Source of the DNA: Ramazzottius varieornatus
Taxonomy: Eukaryota; Animalia; Tardigrada
Direction of reading: 5' to 3'
Assembly: GCA_001949185.1 (NCBI GenBank)
Contig: BDGG01000007.1
Span: 1,322,730-1,386,729, forward strand
DNA: 64,000 nt
Part shown: piece after piece, positions 12,567-24,700 of the stretch
Layout: each line of letters starts with the position of its first letter
Numbering within the stretch: the first letter of the stretch is position 1
Notes under the pieces: generated by a model
Told to the model about the DNA's origin: nothing
The model's input: only the letters and a program-made list of their open reading frames with translations
Databases searched by the model: none
Program-made: the position numbers and the translations under genes

Positions 12567-12612
12567 GTACAGAAGCGCGTGAAGGTACAGAAGCGCGTGA
12601 AGGTACAGAAGC
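12567..12612 (+). repeat. Short tandem repeat GTACAGAAGCGCGTGAAG, about 2.5 copies
   Basis: 18-bp unit visible in the sequence. Confidence 0.7.
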
Positions 12613-12917
12613 ATATCTCGGTCAGTTGGATATTAAAGACAGGGTCGGCTCAGTTCATGGCTGACAGGATATTCAAGCGGCTAGATTATTTCCAGGAAAC
12701 GGACTGTTTTACACGCCCTGTCATAACGCGGATGTTCGTCTTGTTGTGGCTGCGCAAGAAAGCTGCCACCATCTTCTTTATTCAAAGGTGATCGACCCAA
12801 AACACAAGAAACTGGCTGACGAAAGGAATAGTCTTTCCAAGTTCGCCACTTTATCGGCAACTCAAGTTAAACAGCCAATGATATCGGTATTAGTACTTGG
12901 AGTCTCAAACTATCCGC

Positions 12918-14259
12918 TCACGTAGGCAAATACTTTTCACCCGAGCTACACAGACGAACACCATCGCACATCTGCACACCACTATCACCCTTATCGTCTT
13001 TCAGACAATAGCTAATCTTGGCCTTGGCTCGAAGTTCGTCGTTGGCCGAATCAACCACCGAATCCGACCTCACCGTGTACTCGTCAGCAGAGGTCCATGC
13101 GCTCAATGCGGCCTCCACGTTGTCACCGAGGTCTGTCACAGCTCTGCAATAAGAAGACCAAAAAACTGGCCGAAATTCTCCAAAGGTACGAAAAGCAAAA
13201 CGATCCTTACGTACCCATCCTGAACGATCAAGTTTGTTTGGTCATTGTACGTCAGGCTATCGACGAACCATCCCAGTTGGCTGTCAGCAGTCGGTCCTAG
13301 GGCACATGCCCGCTTGACGGTAACGGCCACCTCACTGTTCGCATTGTCTACCGCGACCGATCTACAAACAGACAGATCAAATTGACCAATCGTGGTTTTT
13401 TTTAAGATGGGAAACTTTGATCGTAGCTATGACGATTTGAAACTGACAATTCGGATGGACACGACTGGCATTGGGCCACTTCGCCCACCGGAGCCTCTGG
13501 TTGTGTTGGCGCCACGTCCATCGTATCAGCCTGATTGAGCAGAGTTATGCAGTTGATTTCCAGGTAGGTGGTCGTCAGGATCATAATGTTGGGGTTGTCG
13601 GTGGAGATCTTTTCCGTCACTTCGACGATGGGCGTCTGTTGTGTCCAGGCTTGGGCAGTGCCGGTACTGCAGTCGGGATCCTCAGGCAGCACTTGTTGCT
13701 TGCACTCTCCATAATCCAGTCCAAAGTGGGACGAACCACGAGGTTGCTGGAAGGTGACCGACCGTTTGCGCCAGTGTCCGAAGGGATCTTCGATGTTGGG
13801 GGCCGGCTGAGTCGTGCGGACAGTTGTCCCGCCCGTGTTGGGGTCTTCCCTTGCCTGTGTTGTGGTTTCAAAGCCGACGGGGAGGCTCCAGCCAGTAGCG
13901 CACTTGGGGTTGTCGTCGACGCTGACGTAGCTACCGGTGCTGACTCTGGGGTCAGTACTAGCTTGCCATTGGACCACGCGGAAGCGGACGCTGGTTACTT
14001 CCGGTGGGCTGGTGACGCTGAGGTCGAAGCTGCTGGACGAGCAGGTCAGCGTGCCTTGGGACAGGCCTTGGACGGCTTGCGGGCGGTGGCTCCATGTGGT
14101 GGTATCGTGGGCCGTGCACTTTTCACCCAGACCGTTTTCGCATTCTTTGTCATTGTTGAGGTTGAAGAATGAGCTGAAGAGGGGACGGTGGCTCTGCAAG
14201 GGCCTCTTGGCTGCCGAACAGCAACCTAGAGTCAGGGCAAAAAGGACGAGGACCTTCAT
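12918..14259 (-). CDS. Secreted cysteine-containing protein of unknown family, about 394 aa, 3 exons
   Basis: Signal peptide MKVLVLFALTLGCCSA. Exons 14259-13448, 13361-13215 and 13143-12918 join in frame across GT-AG introns. Internal RKR cleavage site. Confidence 0.7.
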
Positions 14260-15202
14260 GGTGCCGAAATTTGATTTGGAGGTCGGTAATGTTTAATGTT
14301 CAGTTCTACTTTCTGCTTTAACAACTGCAGTCACACAGAACAAGAACCGTACAACAAGGACCTATCTGTCTGCTAGCAGAAAATCTCTATCGGAATGTCC
14401 AACGATAGGTTAACAATGGACGAGTGGACCCAAATCGGGCCGATCGTGCCTGCTATGAGTACACTGTATAATCTAGACCTTGTGGAGCGGAAGTAAGCTC
14501 GCCTGGGTTATCTTGCCATTGTCCTCACTATCTTGAAGGTTACCGTGAGAAAGGCAGACTCGTGGGTTCAACATTGTCACCTGTGAGAGCTGGGCACAGT
14601 CGACATTGAAAAGGGGCTTGCAGATGCCTTGGTTAGCTTCAGCTGGAAGCCCGCCCATACGTAACGTCATGCCATTTTAACCCTCTGCGCACATACCGCC
14701 AACCAGCGCGTTCTCGGAAATCGTCAGGTCAAACGTCTTCAGCTTACACTCTGAATGCTACAGTACGATGATACTGTGCTGTCGAGAGACAACCATGTGG
14801 ACCACAACTTTATTGTTGCAACATTAGAAAAAGACAAAGAAAGCTTTCAGACAACCAGGAATGGATGGAGGGGAAAAAAAGCAGAAGGAACGAATTATAA
14901 TATCTCATTCACTCTGCTGCAAAAAAACAACACAGACAGCTGGCCGAAGGACCCACATTGAAAAGCACATCACGACCAGCTAACGAGAAACACCACTAAC
15001 GTTTTCACAAAAATTAGCTGCTCTATTAAAAAGTTTAAAAGCCTTGCTGGTCTCACCACAATCACTGCGTAAAAAATCTAGCACATAAAACAGAAACCAT
15101 TTCCGCAAAAACTGCGCTCTCTCATGAAACCAGAAGTTCAACAAAGAGTTCAAATTTTTGTTACAAAAACTACAATATTTATTTCGTGGAATTTTCGACT
15201 GT

Positions 15203-18200
15203 CTAACTATCTTCTTCCTCGACGGTGTCGTTATCATCGTGGCCTCGCATAAAGAAGTCTGGCTGAGGTGGCGCCGGAGCGGGCAGATTGTGTTCCTTGC
15301 GATAGGCTTCCCAGCGCGCGTCATCGGACTCGTGGGTCAGGTATCGCGAGCCCACTTCACTCTCCAACTGACGCAGGTCGTAGTACATTTGATAGTCTTG
15401 AAGCCAGGCATGCTCGGTGGCCTTGCTGGCCGTGTAGCGGTCTTTGATCTTGATGACCAGCAAGTGCTTGATCAAGTCGATGGCGCTATTGCTGATTTCC
15501 GACCATGGACTGGGCGGATACATGAAAGAGGCGTTCTGAATTTGATCGTTGATATCTGCAGGACAAATTGCTCATTTTCAGATAAGCCTCACAACAGCTT
15601 ATTTGCCTTCCCGACAATCATACTTTAACGACTGTCATAAAAGCTTCACTATTTCAAACCTTACACACCTTCATCCTCCGAAAACGGAAACGTTCCTGCA
15701 AAAGGCAAAACATGTTGCTGATATTTACGGTGATTTCCTCACATGAATGTGTGGTAGAAATCTAGTACCTGATAGGGACACATAAATGATGACGCCGACG
15801 GACCACATATCCAACGAGCGGTTAAACTTCTTATTGCGAATGACTTCCGGCGCCAGGTACGCCGGCGTTCCCACCACGCTTCGCCGGAAACTCTTCTCCC
15901 CAATGATCTTGGCGAAACCAAAATCACAGAGCTTCGTTTGGGGAAAGTCTGAATCAGAAGCCAGCAAGACATTTTCCGGCCTACGAAAAAAAACCCGAAA
16001 CTGTTCATTTGAGTTGCAGAGAGGAATGTTCTAACGTCGAAGACAAATGCCAACAAAGTCAACAAGATCGCTTTCTCAAGTGGCGCGCAATCAGCCCATA
16101 ATACAGAGGAAGTGCGCCACTCCGATATACACCCTTGTGAAGTTCATTTACCCCGAGTGGCGCACACTTCCTACCACCAACAACAGAATGCGCGCCACTT
16201 GGAATAGCAATCTTGTCGCGCCTGTTTGCCGTGCTGCCGTATGCCGTACTTGAGGTCGCAATGCGCGATGCGTTTCGAATTGAGGTACTTCAAGGCGGCC
16301 AGAATCTGGAAGATGAGGAAGCGCGTGATCCTCTCCGACAGCCTTCCTCTTTCGCTGGACAGGATCAGTTCGAGCATATCACCTTTCAGTCTCTCCATCA
16401 CGACACAAATCCTCTCTGGCGACTCGAACATTCTATCCAGCACGACGATCCCCGGATGCCTCAACGCTCGGAGTATCGCCACTTCCGTCTTCAACTGTTC
16501 CTCGTTTTTATTAGGGAACCTATTCTTCTCAATGACTTTTATGGCCACTTCTCGTTTGGTCGCTCTCTGCGTCCCGGCATAGACCACCCCGAACTGACCC
16601 GACCCCAGGACTTCGTCGGGGGCAATCTGGTACAGTGCATGAATGTCCTGCGTTTCTTCTTTAGGCTGGGTAGCGTAACTTCTAGCGTTTGTGCTACTGT
16701 TCTGACTGGTATGAGGTTCGTTAGCGTCGTTTAAGATGATTTTCGGCACGTCGGTGGCGTTCTTAGCGACCGGCATCAGCGAGTCGCGAATGGACTGGGC
16801 CCACGACAGCGCGTACTCGGATGTGGGGCTGTCGCCGACAAAGTACGTGACTTGGTCGGTACGCAGCTGGAATGTGTAGGGTGTGTGGGGGTTGTTCTGA
16901 GCACTGTCAATGCTGAGAATGTCGCTTAATGGAAGTTCCTTGTAAAACTTGGAGTCATGCTCCGATTGGTACAGTGTAATGGTCTTGCTGTCTAACGACC
17001 ACCAATGCTTCTTTCGCATCGTACTCTTGTTGGTGAAATGAACCTACAAGTAAATGCTATTACAAAGTCAATCACTCAAAAGGTTCTGTAAAGTGCGTGA
17101 ATATTTAGGACCTCGATAAATAAGCTCGGCGAGGTCGTTTCTCATCACAGGCCATAAACAGCGTGGTGGCGCGCCACTGTAGGAAACAATCAAAACTCGA
17201 CAAGGTTGTTTCTACCAAGTGGCGCAGCCTTTCAGGCAGTAACGCTAAGCACGTGCACCACTTGGTAAAGTAAGTCTGTGCAGTTTGATTGGGGAGTACC
17301 GAAAAAAGCCTCCAAACTTTCGTGTAACATTTCTTGAAATATCATGAAATATTTTTTGTTTGAGTTTAGGGAAGAATTTGCGGGCTTCAAGTTTGCTATG
17401 GATTTGGTTCGATCGGAAATTTGACTTACAAGCCAGCCTTCTTTGAGTGCCGGTTGGTGATCGACACGTTTGCGATGCTTCATGGACTGGACGACACGCT
17501 GGAGGGCAATGTTATTGGACGGGGAGTCTGAAAACGGGAGAAAAACACGGCGTGTCAGACTAGCGAAGGAGAAGAGTCCAGACACGAAAAAACAGCATTC
17601 AACTTGTCATCTACTAATCCTAATCGGATCACTGCACGATCTCTCCTCACGGCACGGCACCATCGATTTTATCGAGCACGATCGAAATGGAAATATTGGA
17701 AGTGCTTAGCAGTCGGCATGTGTCCTTCCTTTGCACTGTCACCAGCCTTACGCAAACCAAACAGCCCATCTGTTTACCTTCCCTGTAATCTCATTTTGAT
17801 GAAGATATCTAAATTCCTCGACGCACGTGCCACATCATAAATTACAAATTCATTCCCATCTGCTTCCCTCTTTTTTCTAACCCTGTGGGATATGCCTCCT
17901 GCGTGTTTCGCAACGTTCAAAGTGAAAATAAAACTAATAAAGCATTCACACTGCAAGAGTAAAGATAACTTGGGAGGTCGACCAACGAGAGGAACATAAT
18001 ATTTGTCTCAAGTGGCGAACGTCCTCATTGGCTGGTAGTGTGCGCCGCTCGAAGAAACAATACTGTTAAGATCCCCAGTGGCGCACGTTCCCAGTGTTTT
18101 GCCTGTTTATCTGCGCCGCTTAAGAGAACAACCATGTTCAAGTCATTATCGACCTCTCAGATGGTTCTTACGTTGGTTTCCTTCGTTGGATGGGGTTCTA

Positions 18201-20148
18201 ATCAAGACGTCGGGACTATGCGGACTGCCACCACCCTGGTTGTTGTACGTGACATGGCCGGGTAGTTGGTGTGTCGTTTCGGAGCTGTTTTCCTGGTCGG
18301 AGTCCTGGTCGACCGTTGAGTCCTCCAGTTCGTGGTTGACAAAGGGTGGTTCGCCGGTGCAGTCAGCCGGCACCAGCTCCTTGCACTTTTTGTGGACATT
18401 GAGCTTGCAGTCTTTGCATTGGTAGCCCTGCTTGAAGAGACCCCGCAGCAGCTTGTCGCAGTGCTTGCACACCGTCGGCTTGGTGTAGGAATGAATGACA
18501 AAGGTGTGGGGAACCTTGATGCGTGTCTGCATTATGTGCTCCAGAATAATGGGCCGACCTACACAAGATAAACAGCAAAAACACCATGTCAGTCGCATGA
18601 TTTCTCGTAGTTTCTTTCAACTGAACACATTCCACTTCCGACAATGGATCCAACACGCAGAAGCGTGACGAGCCATTCGACTGAAATTCCACCACAGCGA
18701 ACACAAAACCCAAGTCCTATTACCTCCTCCTACTCACCAATACCGTCAAATTCAAAAAACCTACTCCTACTTGGACGCTGTCCATTACGAAAACTGTCCA
18801 ATACGTGACGTCACTTCCGGTTGAAAATTATCGACCGTTGAAATTCAAAACTTTGGGTTGCAAAATTTCCCGATCTTCGGGACAGGTTCTTCCTTGCCAG
18901 AATTCTTCCAGGTTTTCACGGACAAAATTTTACGAAGAGGTTACTTTAGACTGCAGAATATTTTCGTAGTGAAGATCTCACGGAAGGTTTCGGTTCTAGA
19001 TGGTTTTTTATTTTCAAGAGGACTTTCCTTGCCTGTAATTGATGGAGAACGATCTTTTCTCGCTCCAGGTATGGCCATGGCGCTCAGTGAGCTCGAACTA
19101 CCGTTAACACTACCCAGTCCAGGCGACATGGGTCCTGTGACGTTAGACGAAGACGAAGTGGACACCATCATGGGGAAGGAAGAAATGGTATGGCCTAGCG
19201 GATTGCTGGAAGGCAAGAGAATATTGGGAGTGTTAGGTTGACTGTCAATGTTGTTGTTTCGTTGCAGGTCTCCCGCGTCCGAAGACGATCTGGGCATGAA
19301 GTTGAAGCTGAGGTTCATGGAGCCAGCCAAGGGTTTCCTTTTCGTATAGGCGCAATTGTTGGGCATACGGTAGGCGCATTTCTTGTGGCAGTTCAGACCG
19401 CAGCCTTCGCACTTGAGGCCTTGACGCACCAAGCCAAACAGCATTACGCCGCAGTGATCACAAAATGTCGGCGATTTGTAGGAATGAATGTATAAAGCGT
19501 GCGGCCGAATGTCCACTGAACCTTCCATTGAGGGCAGGTTCGCAGAAACCAGCACCTAAAAGACCGTAAACATCAACATCTAGAGTCATCAGGTAAGAGA
19601 TCAAAAGGAAAATCATTTCTTCGGTGCCACGTCAGACCAATCAAAGCCAATCAACTAGACTGGTAAAACACTCTGTGACGTCACATCCCCCAGATTACTT
19701 TGTGCGACCAACCGGCAGCAAAGCGCATTGGTGCGGTGCGCGCGCACGTCAAGGCAAAGGGGCGGAGGTAGCATATACGTATTGGTTGAAATACGATGCG
19801 TGCGCACAGGCTATGCGCAAGCTGCCGCGCCGTACTTTAGGGACTAGTACATTCGAATCTTTTGCGTCAATTGGCTCAATTTACCTCGATGTGTGCTCCA
19901 TCGGTGATTTCCTGTATTCCATGAATCCTCTGCAGGATATTTTCGCTGGTGTAATCATGGCGAAAGAGCAAGAGACGATCCTGCATCTGGGACAAGCTAT
20001 GGTTAGGGAATTTACGGCTGATAAAGAGGCAGGCCAGTTCTTTCAGGCTTTTCAGACTGAGCTCGGAATAGCGAGCCGTCATCTGCTCGCGTACAAGCCC
20101 ACATTGAAGATGAAAGGTAACAATGGAGGGTTCGTTGTCGTCCACCAT
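15203..20148 (-). CDS. PRKD: Serine/threonine protein kinase D
   Basis: Ubiquitin-like N-domain (20148-19885), C1a (19555-19033), C1b (18558-18172), 17527-17430, PH plus kinase (17043-16250, 15980-15769, microexon 15695-15669, 15555-15203). Motifs [18 protein letters not shown] and [27 protein letters not shown]. Confidence 0.95.
16060..16220. repeat. Intronic GTGGCGC-N28/29-GCGCCAC palindromic module x2 (PKD intron)
   Basis: Units at 16080 (spacer 27) and 16157 (spacer 28), with outer CAAGATCG...CAATCTTG arms. Confidence 0.85.
17122..17270. repeat. Intronic palindromic module (PKD intron)
   Basis: Unit at 17219 (spacer 29) plus a degenerate upstream unit and the AGCTCGGC end motif. Confidence 0.75.
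18005..18130. repeat. Intronic palindromic module x2, degenerate (PKD intron)
   Basis: Units at 18012 and 18078 (spacer 28). Confidence 0.7.
18798..18820 (-). promoter_or_regulatory. Composite ETS-CRE site with adjacent CCAAT inside a PKD intron
   Basis: GTGACGTCACTTCCGG at 18805-18820 (reverse complement CCGGAAGTGACGTCAC); CCAAT at 18798. Confidence 0.5.
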
Positions 20149-21718
20149 GGTTGCAGACAGTGGAGGAGAAGACGAAGGGGACTGATCGTCGTGTGCTTGT
20201 CCGATTGGCACTGATGTAATTAAGTGATCTTCAACACTCGGTTAGGCATCTGCAAGAGAAATCGAATCAAGGCGCCAGCGCTGGAAAGTGAATCCACAAA
20301 ACTCGAGTAAAGGGATCACATGGAGGAAAAGTATCAGATGAAAAAGCCTATGCTGTGACAGTGCAGCATCCCGCCGATCCAACATATGTACACATCAAGA
20401 ACTGACACCAGGCTTGGTGTTGCAAAGTAAATAATACCATAAAGATGCTCAACAAATGCTGCTCCATCGCAAACTGGAAGGAAGCATGCCTGCGCTTTAA
20501 GCAAGTGGTCGCATTATCCGTAGATCATCCTATGGAGACTGTTGTTGTCAACTCCGCTCACTGAGCCCGACTCAAACTTTCACACAACTCACACAAGTCA
20601 AACCGACTCAAACGTTCATTCTCTTGGCCGTGGGCGTTATTCTCATACAAGGCCGTGTTTCACCCCGACGTTACCTTCAGGTCCGTGCTCGTCCATTTTG
20701 CAAATGCGAACGAGCCCGTGCCGTGGACTCCCAGAGTGAAAAGTCTCCGTGTGTCTGTCTTCTATTTTTCTGTCTTGTCTGTGTGGTTCTCCGCGTCCCG
20801 GCGTAAAAGTGTAGATGAAGGACCCTTTTGGGCTTTTAGTGAGTTGAATGTTTTTTCGCGCACAAACAAGCAAGATGCGTATTCCCTCGGGTAGGAGCCT
20901 GTCAGGCGCGAGCTGGAGTTTGTCACTTCATTTAGCTGCCCGAGTTCTCCATTCGCGACTTCTCGCGGATGGATAGAGAGGCATATTGAGCGTTGCTGGT
21001 GTGCTTGGTGGGCTTGTCACAACCATCAAGACTTGACGGAGGGTGCATGTGTTCAGGTTACAAGCAATAAGCGAAAGTCAATGAATGGTCTTTATTCAGC
21101 CAGCCAGGCGGATGTCAACGTCAAACCTCACGGAGCTCTACGTTCTAGCATGACGTCAGGAGGTCACCGCATCCTGTTTCATCCACCTTGGGAAGATAAC
21201 CCAGTCAGTCCTCTTCCCATTTGTGAGTCAGTCGAGTTTCACGAACAAGGAAGCCCGGTCTCACGCGGCCATGCGCATAAATACCATCGAATAAAGTAGT
21301 TTTATTACGCCTTACACACGGCTTCCGGCCTCAATGTACAAGACGACAGACAGGAAGAGCACTACTGTACAAAGCCACAACTAAAAGTCCTATCAATACA
21401 CAAGAGGAGGGCACCACACCGGAACTGATAAACTTGAAAACACACCCACGTCCTGGATGATGAAGTCATCGCAAAGAGACAAATAGAGATCCCACAAAAT
21501 GACAGTGAATGAGACAACCAACAAAGTTTCATAGATGAACGAACCACCAAAAATTCGAAAAACCTTCCCCGAGTATTCGTTTTCTGAAAAGTACAGTTTC
21601 GGAAGTCGGAAGAACGTGTATGTGAAAAAGAATAAAATGGAAAAAGCTGTACAAGTACGAAATCGAACCGGAGTGAGAAGAGGAAAAAAAAACATGACTA
21701 GAGACCTCAAGACTGAAT

Positions 21719-24700
21719 TTAGATGCCGGTCTCGTAGGCGCTAATGTATCCTTTGTTGTGGAGAATCATTAGGCGTTTCTGAACGGCATCCTTGTATCGA
21801 CTCAAGATGTTCCGGTCGCCGTCGTTGTCTGCCTGTTGATGCAGCGAATGCAGCAGGGTGAAAGCTGTTTCGTAGCGGTTGAAACACTCTTCCGGATTCC
21901 CGAACAGCTCATCCAAGGCAGCAGCTTGACACTACGAAGAAGAATCACCAAATTAGACTTGCTGAATCACGCATTCCGATCTAAAATTCCATTTCGCCAT
22001 TTCCACGCTGAGAATTCCTCGGAAACTCTAAAATTAAGTCGGAAGCTGGGCGTACAAACTGAACCAGGTATTTTCCTGAGTGGCGCACATAATATGTGTT
22101 TATGGGCTGAACACCAGCGTCACTTGTAAAATATGATCTCGTCAAGATCGGTGTTTGCCAAAGTGGAGCGCGTTTCCAGGGTTCTTAGCGGAAGAGTGCG
22201 CCACATGGAAAAATGATCGGGTTGAACCTGTTTGCAGAGCTCTCAGTGTTTTTATGGCCGCATCTTTTACAGCATTTTGATTTATTTTGAGAAATCTAAC
22301 AGTTTATTCGAAATTATTTTGATTGTCTCAAAAAAAACAAAATTCAAAATTATTGTTGATCTATATTCCCTACAGTTGATGTTTTTCCTGGTAAGTCAAT
22401 AAAGTCATTAGCACTCGAGGTAAATGGAAAGTTTATGACTTCTCCTGCCAAATGGTGACATTATACGCCAGTCAAGCTTCTCACGGGAGCTATTTACTCT
22501 TGTCCAGGTCTCTCGTGAATATAATTAGGTCTTACCGATTCCAGCGCATGTGCATACAGTATGGCGTCAGCGGAGATCGATAGCGTCTGCATATCCAGCG
22601 AGTCGAAGAGTTCGCTCTTGCTGAGGCGCTTCACCACGGCCAAGCACTCTCCGTACAGTTTATGCAGACTGGAGACCACTTTAAATGGAAGAAGGAAACA
22701 CAGTCTTCATTGGGTAGAAGGCTAAAAGGCCAGCACTAAAAGCTCCACCACGTCAAGTGGCTTGTTCTACGGCTCATCCACTCTTCCTTTCCCAACTTGC
22801 AACCTACCGTTCTTCATCGAGTTGGAGGGCTGCAACGTCTTTGATGTGTACTCGCTGCGAGCATAGCTCAGCGCACTTTGAAGCACTTGCAGACTTTTCC
22901 AGTATAAAACCAGCTTTTCGGCCCATCTGCAACCACAAAAAGCATCGTCATTAATATCCATATTCACACACACGGCTCAAGGTACCGTAATTACCATTCT
23001 ATAGCCTTTGGAAGGTCGGTAAACGAATGTGACAAGACTGTTTCCCAAGTGGCGCATATGATCAGCGTTAACTGCTGGAAGTGTGCGCCACTTGGGACAA
23101 TGATCTTGTCATGTTCGATTATCTGCCAAAGTGACGCAGGTTTTCAGTATTAATGACTGAAAGTGCGCGCCACGTGACGAGATGGACTGAAGAGAGTCAG
23201 GCTTACTTTTGGCTGATGCTGGTGACGTTGAACCTTTGAAGAGTGTCGTGGTTGTTGTTGTTTGCGGAGGATTCGCCTGCGAAGCGAATCGGAGTATCGC
23301 GTGTCTTAGCCACTTCAATGATGCACTGAACCAGATGGCGCACGAACATCAACTTGGAAAGACAGTCATTGTGCTCCTTCTCCAGCAGCACTTCTTGCGA
23401 CAGCTCAGGCGGAACCATGTTCATCAAGTCTTCAAACGTGTTGGGCGAACCCTGTGTCTCGGAGCCACTGCGGCTCCGTCGTCGATCACTACAAAGCAGA
23501 CGCAATAAGCTCCCGTACACCGTGTATCGAAAACACATCGAGAAACACAAGAATAACCCCCGGTGATAGGAAGTGCGTCCCTGCATACACGACCCATGCA
23601 ACAGCCGGCGAACTGACTGCATGTAGGTGGATGATAGACCTAACATCAGGTGCCTGCATACATGACCAGTGCAGCAGACGCCTGGCTAAGTGTGTACAGG
23701 TGGATGAAAGATTTCGTTTTTCTGCAATTTAAGTGCACTCGAAACAAGTCTGAATAATTCTTAGTCGTCTTTACCTGTTACTCGAGCCCGAGATGGTTCG
23801 AACTCTTGAAGATATGCCACCGAAGCCCATTTTCGTATCTGAGTTGCCTACAAAGAACGATGCCGGCGACTGCGTCGGCGGCGCGGCAAAGGCCGGTGGT
23901 GTATGTTCCTCTCCGGGACTTTCCGGTTCTTCCAGCTCCATGGGGAAATGGAAGGCCTTTCCCAAGCCATGCATCTCTGGTAGGGTATAGGCTCGGGGCA
24001 AGTTTTTGTTACTCTGGCTGGGTTCGATGGTCTGGAGGTCAAAGATGCCCGCTGCTGATGGGCGGATGCGCGACAGAGCGCCAGCCAGCCCAGAGGGCAC
24101 CGAGGCCACATGATGAGGGCTCTTGTCAAAGACTTTGGACCGTGGACTTTCGCAGAAACTGTCGTGCGGCAGAGACATCAAACGGGCTGTATGGGCCGGT
24201 GGTGTGCCCATGCAGAACTGCACCGGTGGCGGCGTCAGGGACTTGATCATGGAATCGGCGCCTTCTTGGTCACCGTCGTTGCCGGGAACCTTCTTCCGGG
24301 CAGGAGGAACCTTCAAAACAAAGACCAACAATCAAACACCCCTTCTTGTTGTTTTTCATACGATGCAAAACGATCCGTTGTGAGAGTATCAACGGGTGAA
24401 TTCAAAAGTGACAGGTTCTACACCTATACTGTAGCGCGAAACAATGGAAAGTTCAAGCGCAAAAATCGAGCGTGACAATTCAGTTTCGAAAACCATGCTT
24501 TTGATATCAAGTTCAATACAAACATTTTGCTCAAAGTTGTCAGAAAACAACCTGCTGTACTTTATACTCGAACCGATGAAAGGCTTACTTCTTCGACAGG
24601 GGAACCGTGCGTTTCGACGAGCGGTGACGTTTGCCTTCGTGGACTCTGGATCATCTTCGGCGACGAACATGTTCTCGGAGGTGGCGAGGTAAAGCCAGGA

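Noticed and set aside
13471-14172. 233-aa plus-strand ORF, and similar antisense ORFs (16213-16734, 40803-41513, 46717-47187, 55784-56443)
   Set aside because: Shadows of real coding exons on the opposite strand; no recognisable features.
20220-20249. 9-codon uORF ahead of the PKD start
   Set aside because: Present in the sequence, but it depends on an unverified 5' UTR exon and short uORFs are common by chance.
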